Origin: a bacterium
GTDB taxonomy: Bacteria > Zhuqueibacterota > Zhuqueibacteria > Oceanimicrobiales > Oceanimicrobiaceae
Assembly (NCBI GenBank): GCA_037446635.1
Contig: JBBIIG010000052.1
Span: 1-29,210 of the forward strand
Reading direction: 5' to 3'
DNA: 29,210 nt
Shown here piece by piece: positions 18,659 to 26,795 of the stretch (position 1 is the stretch's first letter; each line of letters begins with the position of its first letter). Below the pieces are notes generated by a model that saw only the letters and a program-made list of their open reading frames with translations, was not told where the DNA came from and ran no database searches. The position numbers were made by a program, and so were the translations under genes.

Positions 18659-18699
18659 GGGGCTGTCCAAAAAGTCGAATTTTAATGTCATTATGAGGA
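18659..18699 (+). mobile_element. Truncated left end of a MITE-like element
   Basis: GGGGCTGTCCAAAAAGTCGAATTTTAATGTCATTATGAGGA, 40/41 identical to 28643-28683; the first 17 bp are the terminal inverted repeat of 26592-26734. Confidence 0.7.
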
Positions 18700-18704
18700 C
18701 CAAG

Positions 18705-18736
18705 TCCCCCTTTGAAGGGGGATTTAGGGGGAGGTC
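18705..18736. repeat. REP-like palindrome TCCCCCTT-TG-AAGGGGGA-TTTAGGGGGAGGTC
   Basis: 8-bp stem at 18705-18722; the tail TTAGGGGGAGGTC also occurs at 18499-18511. Confidence 0.55.
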
Positions 18737-18787
18737 CAAACTGAAGCCGCGAAAACATGAAAACGTCATTCCCAGATTTGAACGATC

Positions 18788-19444
18788 ATGCACAAGATGG
18801 ATTCGCAACCGAACCGCAATCTCCCGGAGACCGCTCTCATCGGGCTCAGCGACCACGATGTCGAGTGCTTGCTGGAATTAGCCCAAACCGGAGATTCCGC
18901 TGCCAAAGAACGACTGCTGGGGTGGGCCTATTTCACCGCGCACCGCTACTATCGACTCAAAGTCCCCGCGGAAAAGGCGCTGTCCGCGGAAGATGCCGAG
19001 GAATTGACTACTGCTTTTTTTCTGGAATTTGAGAGTAATCTGCCGCAATTACAATGCGCCACCCGCTATACCCGCTACGTCCTCAAGCAGAATCTGCGGC
19101 GCTATTTGAGGCGCAAAAGAATGCGTCGATGGCGCGCGGGATGGCCTTTGCACAACGTGGAGAAAAGCTCCGCAGCCGCTGTTGCAGATGAGCCCGGGTC
19201 GCCCTGGATGGCCTGGAGCGACGAGGACTTTTTCCAGTACCGCGCGGTGCTGCAAGCCCTCCATGAAACCGATGACACCACGCGGCGGGTCATACAATTT
19301 CGACTGGAAAACCCACCTTTGCCTTACCTGGAAATTGCGGCGCATTTAAACCTGTCGGAGACCGCCATTCGTATGCGCGTAACGCGATTCTACAGTCTGG
19401 TTCGCAAAATCTATGTTACTTTGACCAGAGGTCGTTCCCTATAA
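18788..19444 (+). CDS. ECF-type RNA polymerase sigma factor (divergent)
   Basis: Region 2-like LLELAQTGDSAAKERL..AEDAEELTTAFFL..NLRRYLRRKR; region 4 HTH YLEIAAHLNLSETAIRMRVTR. Start may be 18797. Confidence 0.85.
   Translation: MHKMDSQPNRNLPETALIGLSDHDVECLLELAQTGDSAAKERLLGWAYFTAHRYYRLKVPAEKALSAEDAEELTTAFFLEFESNLPQLQCATRYTRYVLKQNLRRYLRRKRMRRWRAGWPLHNVEKSSAAAVADEPGSPWMAWSDEDFFQYRAVLQALHETDDTTRRVIQFRLENPPLPYLEIAAHLNLSETAIRMRVTRFYSLVRKIYVTLTRGRSL
19414..19443 (+). promoter_or_regulatory. Putative ECF promoter, copy A (TGTTAC-N17-CCCTATA)
   Basis: Both boxes and the spacing are identical at 24304 and 24390; overlaps the sigma stop codon and ends 41 nt before the next ATG. Confidence 0.7.
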
Positions 19445-19484
19445 CAAGTAGGAACGCCGGATTGATGAATGGAGAAGACGGCCA

Positions 19485-20279
19485 ATGAAAAAACAGACAC
19501 TCGATTCCCGCACAATTGAGCGGATGCTGCGGCTGGCCCATACTCCGCCGGACGACGCACTTTTGCGGCGCTATTTCAACGCGTGCGCCGGAAAAGATGA
19601 CGGCTCCGCGCTGACGGATGCAGAACGGCGCTGGCTGACGGTGAATCTGGATGCAAATCCCAATTGGCAGCAAAAGTGGAAAGAACTGGAAAAGGAAATC
19701 GGCCATTCGGTGGATTGGCGGCGGCAGGCGCGGTTTCCGCAGGCTGCGGTCAAGTCTGAGCCGGTGGTCAAACCCCGCTTCTTTGAGGAATGGCTGCCGC
19801 GGGTTCAGCCGCAGTGGGCCTTCCGGCTGGCCTTCGCTGCCGTGGTGTTGGCGGCTTTGTATGGAACCCTGTGGCTGGTGGGGAGATGGGGTCTTCCGAA
19901 AACCTATGAACTGGCATCCGTGGCGAGCCATGAAGAATTTTTGAATGTTCGCGTGCGCGGAGAGTCGGTTGCAGCCGAAGCCGAGTTTGCCGCCGGCGCA
20001 GAGGCACTGCTCAGCGCACCGAAAGATTGGCTTGGACTGTTTCCCCACTACGATCGCCAAAAGGTGGACGTGGCCATCGTCCTTTTGACGCGGGCGTTTG
20101 AAGCCACGGACGATCCATTTCAACGCGCCGAGATCGCGTTTTTTCTCGCCAAAGCATATTTGATGAAAGATGAAATCACCGGCGTTAAACGCTGGCTGAA
20201 CGAAGCGCTGGCTCAAAATGTGGCGGATTATCGGAGAGAGGCAACTGAGCTGCTGAAAAAATTAGCGGAGAAAAATTGA
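19485..20279 (+). CDS. Putative membrane-anchored anti-sigma factor with C-terminal TPR-like helices
   Basis: Directly follows the ECF gene; N-terminal LLRRYF..LTDAERRWLTVNLDANPNW resembles an anti-sigma domain without Zn ligands; one TM helix (LAFAAVVLAALYGTLWLV); TPR-like AFFLAKAYL..WLNEAL..EATELLKKL. Confidence 0.7.
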   Translation: MKKQTLDSRTIERMLRLAHTPPDDALLRRYFNACAGKDDGSALTDAERRWLTVNLDANPNWQQKWKELEKEIGHSVDWRRQARFPQAAVKSEPVVKPRFFEEWLPRVQPQWAFRLAFAAVVLAALYGTLWLVGRWGLPKTYELASVASHEEFLNVRVRGESVAAEAEFAAGAEALLSAPKDWLGLFPHYDRQKVDVAIVLLTRAFEATDDPFQRAEIAFFLAKAYLMKDEITGVKRWLNEALAQNVADYRREATELLKKLAEKN

Positions 20280-20303
20280 ATAATTAAATCTGCTCGCTCA
20301 ACG

Positions 20304-20597
20304 TCACATATCTGAAGTTACTCTGAATTTGTCGGAAGTTAAGTGCATCCTTACCCCTAAGGCGTAGCAAACTTTCAAGAAAGCCTTGATATTGAAATTC
20401 GATCCCTTTTCAATCTTCGAAAGTTGTTGTTGTGTTATTTGCGCTTTGCTGGCGAGTTGGGATTGGGTTAAGCCTGCTTTCTTTCTCTCTTCAAAGATTC
20501 TATTTGATAATTGAAGTAATTGGATCTCTTCTTCATACATTTCTTTGAATTCTTTGTCCTTGAGCTTTTCCTCTAAATGTTCATTGAGTGTCTTCAT
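20304..20597 (-). CDS. XRE-family HTH protein, HigA-like antitoxin
   Basis: LEEKLKDKEFKEMYEE N-terminus and ERKKAGLTQSQLASKAQITQQQLSKIEKG HTH; AT-rich relative to neighbours. Confidence 0.85.
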   Translation of the reverse strand: MKTLNEHLEEKLKDKEFKEMYEEEIQLLQLSNRIFEERKKAGLTQSQLASKAQITQQQLSKIEKGSNFNIKAFLKVCYALGVRMHLTSDKFRVTSDM

Positions 20598-20677
20598 CGG
20601 CGATACCCCTTTGAATATCTTTCGAGAAAATCATCACGATATTTTATTGCTCTTTTTATTTCTGATTTCGGAATCTT
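20594..20677 (-). pseudogene. 3' remnant of a RelE/HigB (Gp49-like) toxin gene
   Basis: Reads KIPKSEIKRAIKYRDDFLERYSKGYRR-stop, typical of a Gp49/HigB C-terminus; its stop overlaps the antitoxin start (ATGA); only 11 nt separate it from the CHAT stop codon. Confidence 0.7.
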
Positions 20678-20688
20678 GAACTCAAGAA

Positions 20689-23600
20689 TCACTTTCCTAT
20701 CAACACAAACGGCGCCCAGAAATACGGCCGCGCGTATTTCGGATTCGACGCCATCAGATGCAACTTGGCGGCTCGCAGGGCATCCCTTTTGGACGCGCCA
20801 TTTAGCATCTCGTCATAAAAAGCGGTCATCAACTCCGCGGTGCTGACGTCGTTCACCTGCCAGAGCGACACCAGCAGGCTGGCCGCGCCGGCGTAGAGAA
20901 AGCCGCGGGTTAATCCCAACAAACCCTCGCCGCGCGCCATCTTTCCCAGCGCGGTCTTGCACGCGCTCAATACCACCAGATCGGCGTTCAATTTTAAATT
21001 GTAAATTTCTCCCAGATACAGCACCCCATCTTCCGATGATGTAGGCTCCGACGCGAGAAGCAGGCCGGAGAGTTTCGGCCGCGTCTCGTTGATGAGGCCG
21101 TGGGTGGCAAAATGCACAAACCGATAGACATCGAGCGGTTCAGCTTTCAGCCGACGCTCATCGGCCTGTTTCCCGGAAAGCACCCGCGTGTTATTGCCAA
21201 ACCAACGTCTGAAAAATCCCGCGCGCTGGCGGAACAATTCCTCGACTTGTGAAACCTCCTCTCGGGTTGCCGGCAAATAGGCGCTCCGCAGGCTCAGGGT
21301 GGAATCCACATTCCGGTTCGACTGGATGAAATCCGAGCCGCGAATGCTGCTTGCTTCGCCTTCAGAAAAGATAGGAGCCAACGCCAGGTAGTCGCGGGGC
21401 GCCGACTGGCGCGAACGGCCAAGGGTTTCCAACAACAACGTCGCGGAATAGGCATAGCTCACCGTGCGCTCTTTGAGCAGAAATGGCAGAGCGCGATAGT
21501 CTTTCCTGCCGGTGTCAGGTCGCACTTCCCGGGTGAGCAGCGCTTCGAAAGGCACGAAGCACAGCGGGCCGTCCGGAACAATGATGAGATGCGACGCGCT
21601 GAGTTTCCTAACAATGGGCTGGATGAGAGTCTGGTAAAGTGAGAATGCCGTACGGCAGAAGGGTTCATATTCCTGTGCCAACACACTCTCTCGCAACTGC
21701 TCGACCTTCTGCTGAAACGAGGAATCGATGCCCACCGCAACGAAATCAAGTTCATTGCGGCTTACCACAGCGATGAAGATGGAATCCGCTCCCACGAAGT
21801 ATTCCACCAGCGCAGTGCGGTCGTCGAGGAGTTTTTCCCGGACCTCGTCCACCGACGCGAGGTTGATGCGGTATTTGAGGTTGTAATAATCTGGATAGCT
21901 CGCCTCAAAATTATCGAGCAGCGATTCATAGGCCCGCTGCAAATCAAACAGCTTGCTTTGCCAGGCGATTAATTTTGAGCTGTCGGCTGCCGCGCCCTTG
22001 ATTTCTTCTTCGCCGGCGAGGCGATCGTAGTAAGCCAGGTCGCCGCGCAGGTGCTGTTCTTTTTCTAGCAAGGAATCCGCAATGCCCGCGAAATGCTTGG
22101 CCTCGGCTTCAGCCAGGGCGTCCAGCAGCACGCCGGCTTTGCTTTTCTCCATATATTGGAAAATCTGCAGTTTGTACACCGGATCGTTGGTGATATGGTA
22201 CAATTTCATCGCTGTTCGGATCGCCAGGTTATAGATTTCCACGGCATTTTCGGCCAGGAACAACTTGGCGCCTTCGGCTTTGTAGCCGTGCCGGAGTTGA
22301 TCGACGAGCTGGAGGGCCCGCTTACCGGCGGAGTTAGCAGCATGTAGATCAGGAGCGGGCCGCGCAGACCGCGCCGCCTTTTCTAACAGCGCGGTGGTTT
22401 TTCGCTGCAGCGTTTGCAGCAACTGGGTTTCGGAGAGCACTCGTTCGTCAGTTGGATTTTTCGTCGGATCAGGGTTGGAGAATCCGGGCGCATTGGCCGC
22501 GAGGGCGCGCTGATAGTTAACGAGGGCGAGATCGTACTGGCGCTGCCGGGTGTGTACGTCACCTATCAAGTCATAACACAACGCAAGTTCGGGATGGTGC
22601 TTTCCGTAAACGGATTGAAAGACCGCCAGGGCTTTTTGGTAAGATTCAAGCGCCTTTCGGTAATCGGCTTTTTTTGCATAATCCGATCCCAGGTTGCCAT
22701 AGCCGCGCGCCACCATAACGTGCGTTTCGCCCAATGAGGGCAAAATCATATCCAGCGCCTGGTTATGGTAGTCGATGGCGCGGGAAACCTGGCCCATCTC
22801 GAAATAGACATTGCCGAGGTTCATGTAGGTGCTGGCGACACGCCAATGGCGCTCTCCGAATTCTTGCTTCAGAAGAGCGATTGATTTTTCATAAAGCGTC
22901 ACGGCCGCTGCGTAATCTTTTTTGGCAAAGTTGACCAGGGCGAGATTGTGATGGACATTGGCCAATGGCAAAGGACCCACCTCTGCCGGCGGCAGCGCCT
23001 GCCAGATGGCCAGCGCCTTTAAGTAGTATTCGCGGGCGAGGTCGAATTCGCGTTTAAAAATATAAAGATTGCCAAAATAAAAAAAGATATCCCCGGCTCG
23101 CCAATCTTTGAGTTCGGGCTCCGCCTGCTTCCAGATAGTCAGTGCGGCCTCGAGATGCGGCAGGGCGAGGTCATATTGCCCTTTCTCCATGTAAGTGCCG
23201 GCAAACCGTATTTGACAATCCATCTTTTGGTGGGTCGGCGCGCCGGGAAGCGCCTGCAAAATCTCAAATTCTTTTTCAAAATACGCCAGGGCTTGCTCGA
23301 GCGCACTCTTGCTAATTTGAATGCGGCCCAGCTTTTCATAAATCAGGGCGATCAACTCATGATGTTCGCCGAAGCGACTGCGTGTTGTATCCAGCAGCGC
23401 GGTGAGTCGTTCCTCGCTGTCCTGCACGTTCAATTTGCCGAGGCTCATTCGTTTCATGGCCAATTCCACGGCGGTGCGCACGTACCCCTCCCAGTCCTGC
23501 GCTTGCCGATACACCTGGCTGGCCTGTTCGTAGTAGGCGAAGCTGCTGTCGTGTTGAAGGGTTTTAGCGAAGTGTTCGGCGCGGGCAACGAGCTGCTCGG

Positions 23601-23769
23601 CAGGGGACTCCTTTTTTCCGGAAACGCCTTCTTCCGCGCCGCGCACCTGCAGGGAATCGATAGTGGAAGACTGTTGTTCCGACTGCTTTTCCTGCGAACA
23701 AGCAAAAAGCAGGATAGCGGCCAGGGTAATCGCTCCCGGCCGGGATTTTTGACTTCCCCGGGCAAACAT
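20689..23769 (-). CDS. Lipoprotein TPR-CHAT (caspase-like, clan CD) protease
   Basis: Lipobox LFA-C24; many TPR repeats; CHAT motifs LIIVPDGPLCFVPFEAL, VHFATHG (catalytic His), LVVLSACKTALG (catalytic Cys), GEGLLGLTRGF..SLWQVND, PYFWAPFVLIG. Confidence 0.92.
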   Translation of the reverse strand: MFARGSQKSRPGAITLAAILLFACSQEKQSEQQSSTIDSLQVRGAEEGVSGKKESPAEQLVARAEHFAKTLQHDSSFAYYEQASQVYRQAQDWEGYVRTAVELAMKRMSLGKLNVQDSEERLTALLDTTRSRFGEHHELIALIYEKLGRIQISKSALEQALAYFEKEFEILQALPGAPTHQKMDCQIRFAGTYMEKGQYDLALPHLEAALTIWKQAEPELKDWRAGDIFFYFGNLYIFKREFDLAREYYLKALAIWQALPPAEVGPLPLANVHHNLALVNFAKKDYAAAVTLYEKSIALLKQEFGERHWRVASTYMNLGNVYFEMGQVSRAIDYHNQALDMILPSLGETHVMVARGYGNLGSDYAKKADYRKALESYQKALAVFQSVYGKHHPELALCYDLIGDVHTRQRQYDLALVNYQRALAANAPGFSNPDPTKNPTDERVLSETQLLQTLQRKTTALLEKAARSARPAPDLHAANSAGKRALQLVDQLRHGYKAEGAKLFLAENAVEIYNLAIRTAMKLYHITNDPVYKLQIFQYMEKSKAGVLLDALAEAEAKHFAGIADSLLEKEQHLRGDLAYYDRLAGEEEIKGAAADSSKLIAWQSKLFDLQRAYESLLDNFEASYPDYYNLKYRINLASVDEVREKLLDDRTALVEYFVGADSIFIAVVSRNELDFVAVGIDSSFQQKVEQLRESVLAQEYEPFCRTAFSLYQTLIQPIVRKLSASHLIIVPDGPLCFVPFEALLTREVRPDTGRKDYRALPFLLKERTVSYAYSATLLLETLGRSRQSAPRDYLALAPIFSEGEASSIRGSDFIQSNRNVDSTLSLRSAYLPATREEVSQVEELFRQRAGFFRRWFGNNTRVLSGKQADERRLKAEPLDVYRFVHFATHGLINETRPKLSGLLLASEPTSSEDGVLYLGEIYNLKLNADLVVLSACKTALGKMARGEGLLGLTRGFLYAGAASLLVSLWQVNDVSTAELMTAFYDEMLNGASKRDALRAAKLHLMASNPKYARPYFWAPFVLIGK

Positions 23770-23822
23770 TTCATCTAAGAGGTTTGATGACTACCGTCAT
23801 TTTTTAGTCAGGGCCAGTGTTG

Positions 23823-23890
23823 TCATTCAGGAGGAAACTTTTTTGATAACAGGATTTAGCTGAAACTCTGAAAGGATTCCCCCTGAATGA
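23823..23890. repeat. Imperfect inverted repeat upstream of the CHAT gene (TGTCATTC family)
   Basis: TCATTCAGGAGGAAACTTT ... AAAGGATTCCCCCTGAATGA. Confidence 0.55.
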
Positions 23891-24076
23891 TCTCAGCGGC
23901 AATAATGTAAAACGTTCTGATCCAACAAGCAAATTTTTTTATGGGTGACTTCCATGAACAGCGGTGCTGGCTTAACTTAAAGCCAAAGACGGACGGAAGC
24001 CACCTTTAGTATTACCAATGAACGTTTGCATTTTTTTGCAAAGAATTGACACTCTAAAAATTGCCAGGCATCAAGC

Positions 24077-24144
24077 TGGAGTAATGGAGTTTTGGAGTAC
24101 TGGAACTAACTGCCATTGATCCATTACTCCATTACTCCATTACC
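24077..24144. repeat. Inverted pair of octamer tandem arrays
   Basis: TGGAGTAA TGGAGTTT TGGAGTAC TGGAAC followed by CCATTGAT CCATTACT CCATTACT CCATTACC. Confidence 0.65.
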
Positions 24145-24303
24145 CCGCTTCGATTGGCACGCCCTCCTTTAGTTAAGACGTGTTTGATTAGTTATCACTG
24201 CGGCTTTGCCGCGCTGGGAGCTGCAGAATTGATTCCGCAGCGGCTGGGCTGTTTTTAAGGCGCTCAACCTAAGGGAGTGATAATCAATTTTTTAAAAAAA
24301 ATC

Positions 24304-24333
24304 TGTTACATCGCCCAATGATCCTGCCCTATA
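24304..24333 (+). promoter_or_regulatory. Putative ECF promoter, copy B (TGTTAC-N17-CCCTATA)
   Basis: AAAATC-TGTTAC-atcgcccaatgatcctg-CCCTATA. Confidence 0.7.
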
Positions 24334-24389
24334 TAGACAAATCCCAAACACAAAAAAATAAACCTAAAAACGGATGGGCAGAAAAATCT

Positions 24390-24419
24390 TGTTACATCAA
24401 GACGGTTATGTTCCCTATA
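24390..24419 (+). promoter_or_regulatory. Putative ECF promoter, copy C (TGTTAC-N17-CCCTATA)
   Basis: AAAATCT-TGTTAC-atcaagacggttatgtt-CCCTATA, ending 98 nt before ATG 24518. Confidence 0.7.
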
Positions 24420-24436
24420 CCAACCAGGGGCTTTAC

Positions 24437-24480
24437 GTGCGACGCGCTTCGCCAGTGCGTCACACATTTCGGACAGCCCC
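24437..24480. repeat. REP-like hairpin followed by a MITE right-end fragment
   Basis: GTGCGACGCGCT-TCGCC-AGTGCGTCACAC (24437-24465), then GGACAGCCCC (24471-24480) matching 26725-26734. Confidence 0.5.
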
Positions 24481-24517
24481 TTGAAAACTGGACGACATAA
24501 CTAAGGAGGTAACCGCT

Positions 24518-25081
24518 ATGAACCGATTCGTTACTGTTTTCGCCGCTGCCGCGCTCTTGCTGAGCCTGGCGGCTGCCGATGCTCGCGCGCAAACCTGGCA
24601 AATGCTCGCCAGCTTTCCCGGCCGCCCGGCCAGCGCATTTGTCTTCGCGGCCGGCAGCGTGCGTTTCAGCGTAAAAGACCGTCTGGACTTCGACGGCGAC
24701 GGCGTGGCAGAGATCGCAATGATTGCGGTCGTCGATCCGACCAACCCCAATGTCGTCTATCTTAAAATTCACAGCGGCGCCGATCCCAATCAGCAATGGC
24801 AAATTCCCCTGCCCAATGGTATCATTGCCATTCTTATCGGCTTTCTTGACTTCGATGGCAACAATGCCAAAGACATTCTCTTGGCGCACAAAGTGGGGCG
24901 GCAGTTTGTCAACCCCATGGTCCTCTATAACATTGATGTGAACTCTGGCACGTATGAAGTTGGCATTCCTGATGGCAGCACCGTGCTGATAGGTGGCTGG
25001 GACCTCGACAATGACGGCTATTACGAACTCGTCGTCGGCAGTCCGGACAAAAAAGAAGTGCAAATCTGGGGCTTCAAATAA
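24518..25081 (+). CDS. Secreted FG-GAP/VCBS-like (DxDxDG) repeat protein
   Basis: TAAGGAGG RBS; signal peptide ending ARA; DFDGDG..EI, DFDGNN..DI, DLDNDG..EL motifs. Confidence 0.85.
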   Translation: MNRFVTVFAAAALLLSLAAADARAQTWQMLASFPGRPASAFVFAAGSVRFSVKDRLDFDGDGVAEIAMIAVVDPTNPNVVYLKIHSGADPNQQWQIPLPNGIIAILIGFLDFDGNNAKDILLAHKVGRQFVNPMVLYNIDVNSGTYEVGIPDGSTVLIGGWDLDNDGYYELVVGSPDKKEVQIWGFK

Positions 25082-25093
25082 TCGGAGGACACC

Positions 25094-26578
25094 ATGAAAC
25101 GAATCACGCTTGCGATCGCGGTCATTCTTCTGTGTTCTGCTTCTGCCTGGGCGCAGATCGGCAGACTCTGGGAATCCTTTGAAGGCGCAAAATTCCGGCC
25201 GCCGCGGCCCAACAAGTTCATTCTCGAAATTGCCGGATTCCAAACCCCGACCGATGACGATCGACCCGCCATCATCGCCATCCTGATCGGTTTGCAAAAT
25301 CAGGGGGCAGCAGGGCAAGCACCGGCCTTGGCCCCAGCCGAGCCTGCTGCGGCACATCAAGTAGAGGACAGGATCGTGGTCTATGACGTTGCGGATAGCA
25401 GCGAAATCTGGTCCCTGCCATTGTCAACTTTGACCGGCGGGCAGCCAGCCGACAGCATTTCTATCAATACGGTCGGCTTTGTGCGTTTTCGCGGCACCGG
25501 GTCGACGCAGGCCACTTCACAAATGTCCTTCAGCAAGCATGCCATCGTCAGCTATGAGTGGGATTTTAATTATGACGGGATTTATGATCCCATGGAGCGT
25601 TTTCTATCCATCGTCGATCCAAACACCAATGAAGTGGTGTTTATGGAGCAGGGAGCGCTGCCGCTGGGGGTGTGGCAACGGCCGGATGGCCGGGTGGTTT
25701 TGCTTGAAGTTCTGGTAGCGGCAAAAAGAATCGCCGTCATTGGCGAGACCGGCGGTAGTGGTGGCTCCTTGGGTTCAACCGCGCCTCCGGCTTCTGCCGC
25801 AGCGCAACAAACGGCTGGCGCCTACCAGCTCGCGCTGAAATTTCAGGCTGAACCCGAATTGCGGCTGGCCTATGATCCGGAGCTTTTCGATCCTCCCGGC
25901 GACAATGATCTGAATGGCGACGGACGCTCCGACATTGCCATGCTGGTGGAAGACGCCAACGATGAGCCGCAAGGGGTGATTGTACGAGACGGACAAAGCT
26001 TCGATATCCTCTGGCAGTTCCCATTTCCCGATGAGCACAAAGAGAACATTCGCAAAGGATTTCACGGCTTTGTGGATGCCAATGGCGACGGCGAAAAGGA
26101 AGCAATTGTCGGCAACAATCTGGCAGTGACCCTCGATGGTACGGTGCACACCATCGCCGAGGATTTTCAGATTGTCGATGTCAACGATCTCGACAACGAC
26201 GGCTTTGAAGATATCATCGGCCTGAGCACGGTAGACAGCTCGGTGGTGGTGTACGGAATCCTGAAGCCGACTTCGGTGTCGGACTACGATCCATCGGAAA
26301 TACATTTCCGCCTGTTCCAGAACTATCCCAATCCCTTCAATCCCTCGACCGTGATCACCTATTCGGTGGCGCAGTCGGGCGAGGTGACGCTGAGGATTTT
26401 CAACACCCTCGGCCAGGTAGTGCGCACGCTGGTCAATGAGCGCAAACCCGCGGGCGAATACAGCCTCACCTGGGACGGCCGCGATGACGCCGGCCAGTTG
26501 CTGAGCAGCGGACCGTACTTCTATCGCCTGAAAGTAGGCGAGGCGGTCGAGACCCGGCGCATGCTGTTCTTGAAATAA
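25094..26578 (+). CDS. Secreted FG-GAP/VCBS-like repeat protein with FlgD-Ig/T9SS-like C-terminal domain
   Basis: GGAGG RBS; signal peptide ending AWA; DLNGDG, DANGDG, DLDNDG; QNYPNPFNPST..WDGRDDAG. Confidence 0.88.
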   Translation: MKRITLAIAVILLCSASAWAQIGRLWESFEGAKFRPPRPNKFILEIAGFQTPTDDDRPAIIAILIGLQNQGAAGQAPALAPAEPAAAHQVEDRIVVYDVADSSEIWSLPLSTLTGGQPADSISINTVGFVRFRGTGSTQATSQMSFSKHAIVSYEWDFNYDGIYDPMERFLSIVDPNTNEVVFMEQGALPLGVWQRPDGRVVLLEVLVAAKRIAVIGETGGSGGSLGSTAPPASAAAQQTAGAYQLALKFQAEPELRLAYDPELFDPPGDNDLNGDGRSDIAMLVEDANDEPQGVIVRDGQSFDILWQFPFPDEHKENIRKGFHGFVDANGDGEKEAIVGNNLAVTLDGTVHTIAEDFQIVDVNDLDNDGFEDIIGLSTVDSSVVVYGILKPTSVSDYDPSEIHFRLFQNYPNPFNPSTVITYSVAQSGEVTLRIFNTLGQVVRTLVNERKPAGEYSLTWDGRDDAGQLLSSGPYFYRLKVGEAVETRRMLFLK

Positions 26579-26591
26579 CTTTGTGGAGTAC

Positions 26592-26734
26592 CGGGCTGCC
26601 CAAAAAGTGTAAAAGTAACTGTCATTCTGAGGCGGTTTTTGCCGAAGAATCCCCTAATTTGAGCACCGTCCAGGAGATTCTTCCCCCGACACTTCGGGGT
26701 CAGAATGACATTCGCGTACTTTTTGGACAGCCCC
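26592..26734. mobile_element. MITE-like element (143 bp) with a nested REP-like palindrome
   Basis: Terminal inverted repeats CGGGCTGCCCAAAAAGT / ACTTTTTGGACAGCCCC (15/17); inner 11-bp inverted repeat TGTCATTCTGA (26620) / TCAGAATGACA (ending 26710); no transposase. Confidence 0.75.
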
Positions 26735-26795
26735 GTAACGGCGACATAGTCGCCGTACTCCAAAATATTTGCCTAAGACATACAGGAGCAAAATT

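Noticed and set aside
15410..18856. 440-aa and 396-aa minus-strand ORFs
   Set aside because: Antisense shadows of metH.
20689..23769. Type III-E CRISPR (Craspase) locus
   Set aside because: No gRAMP/Cas7-11 gene or array, and this TPR-CHAT has a lipoprotein signal; the link is an analogy only.
24392..25360. 322-aa minus-strand ORF
   Set aside because: Antisense to two genes that have clear RBSs, signal peptides and motifs.
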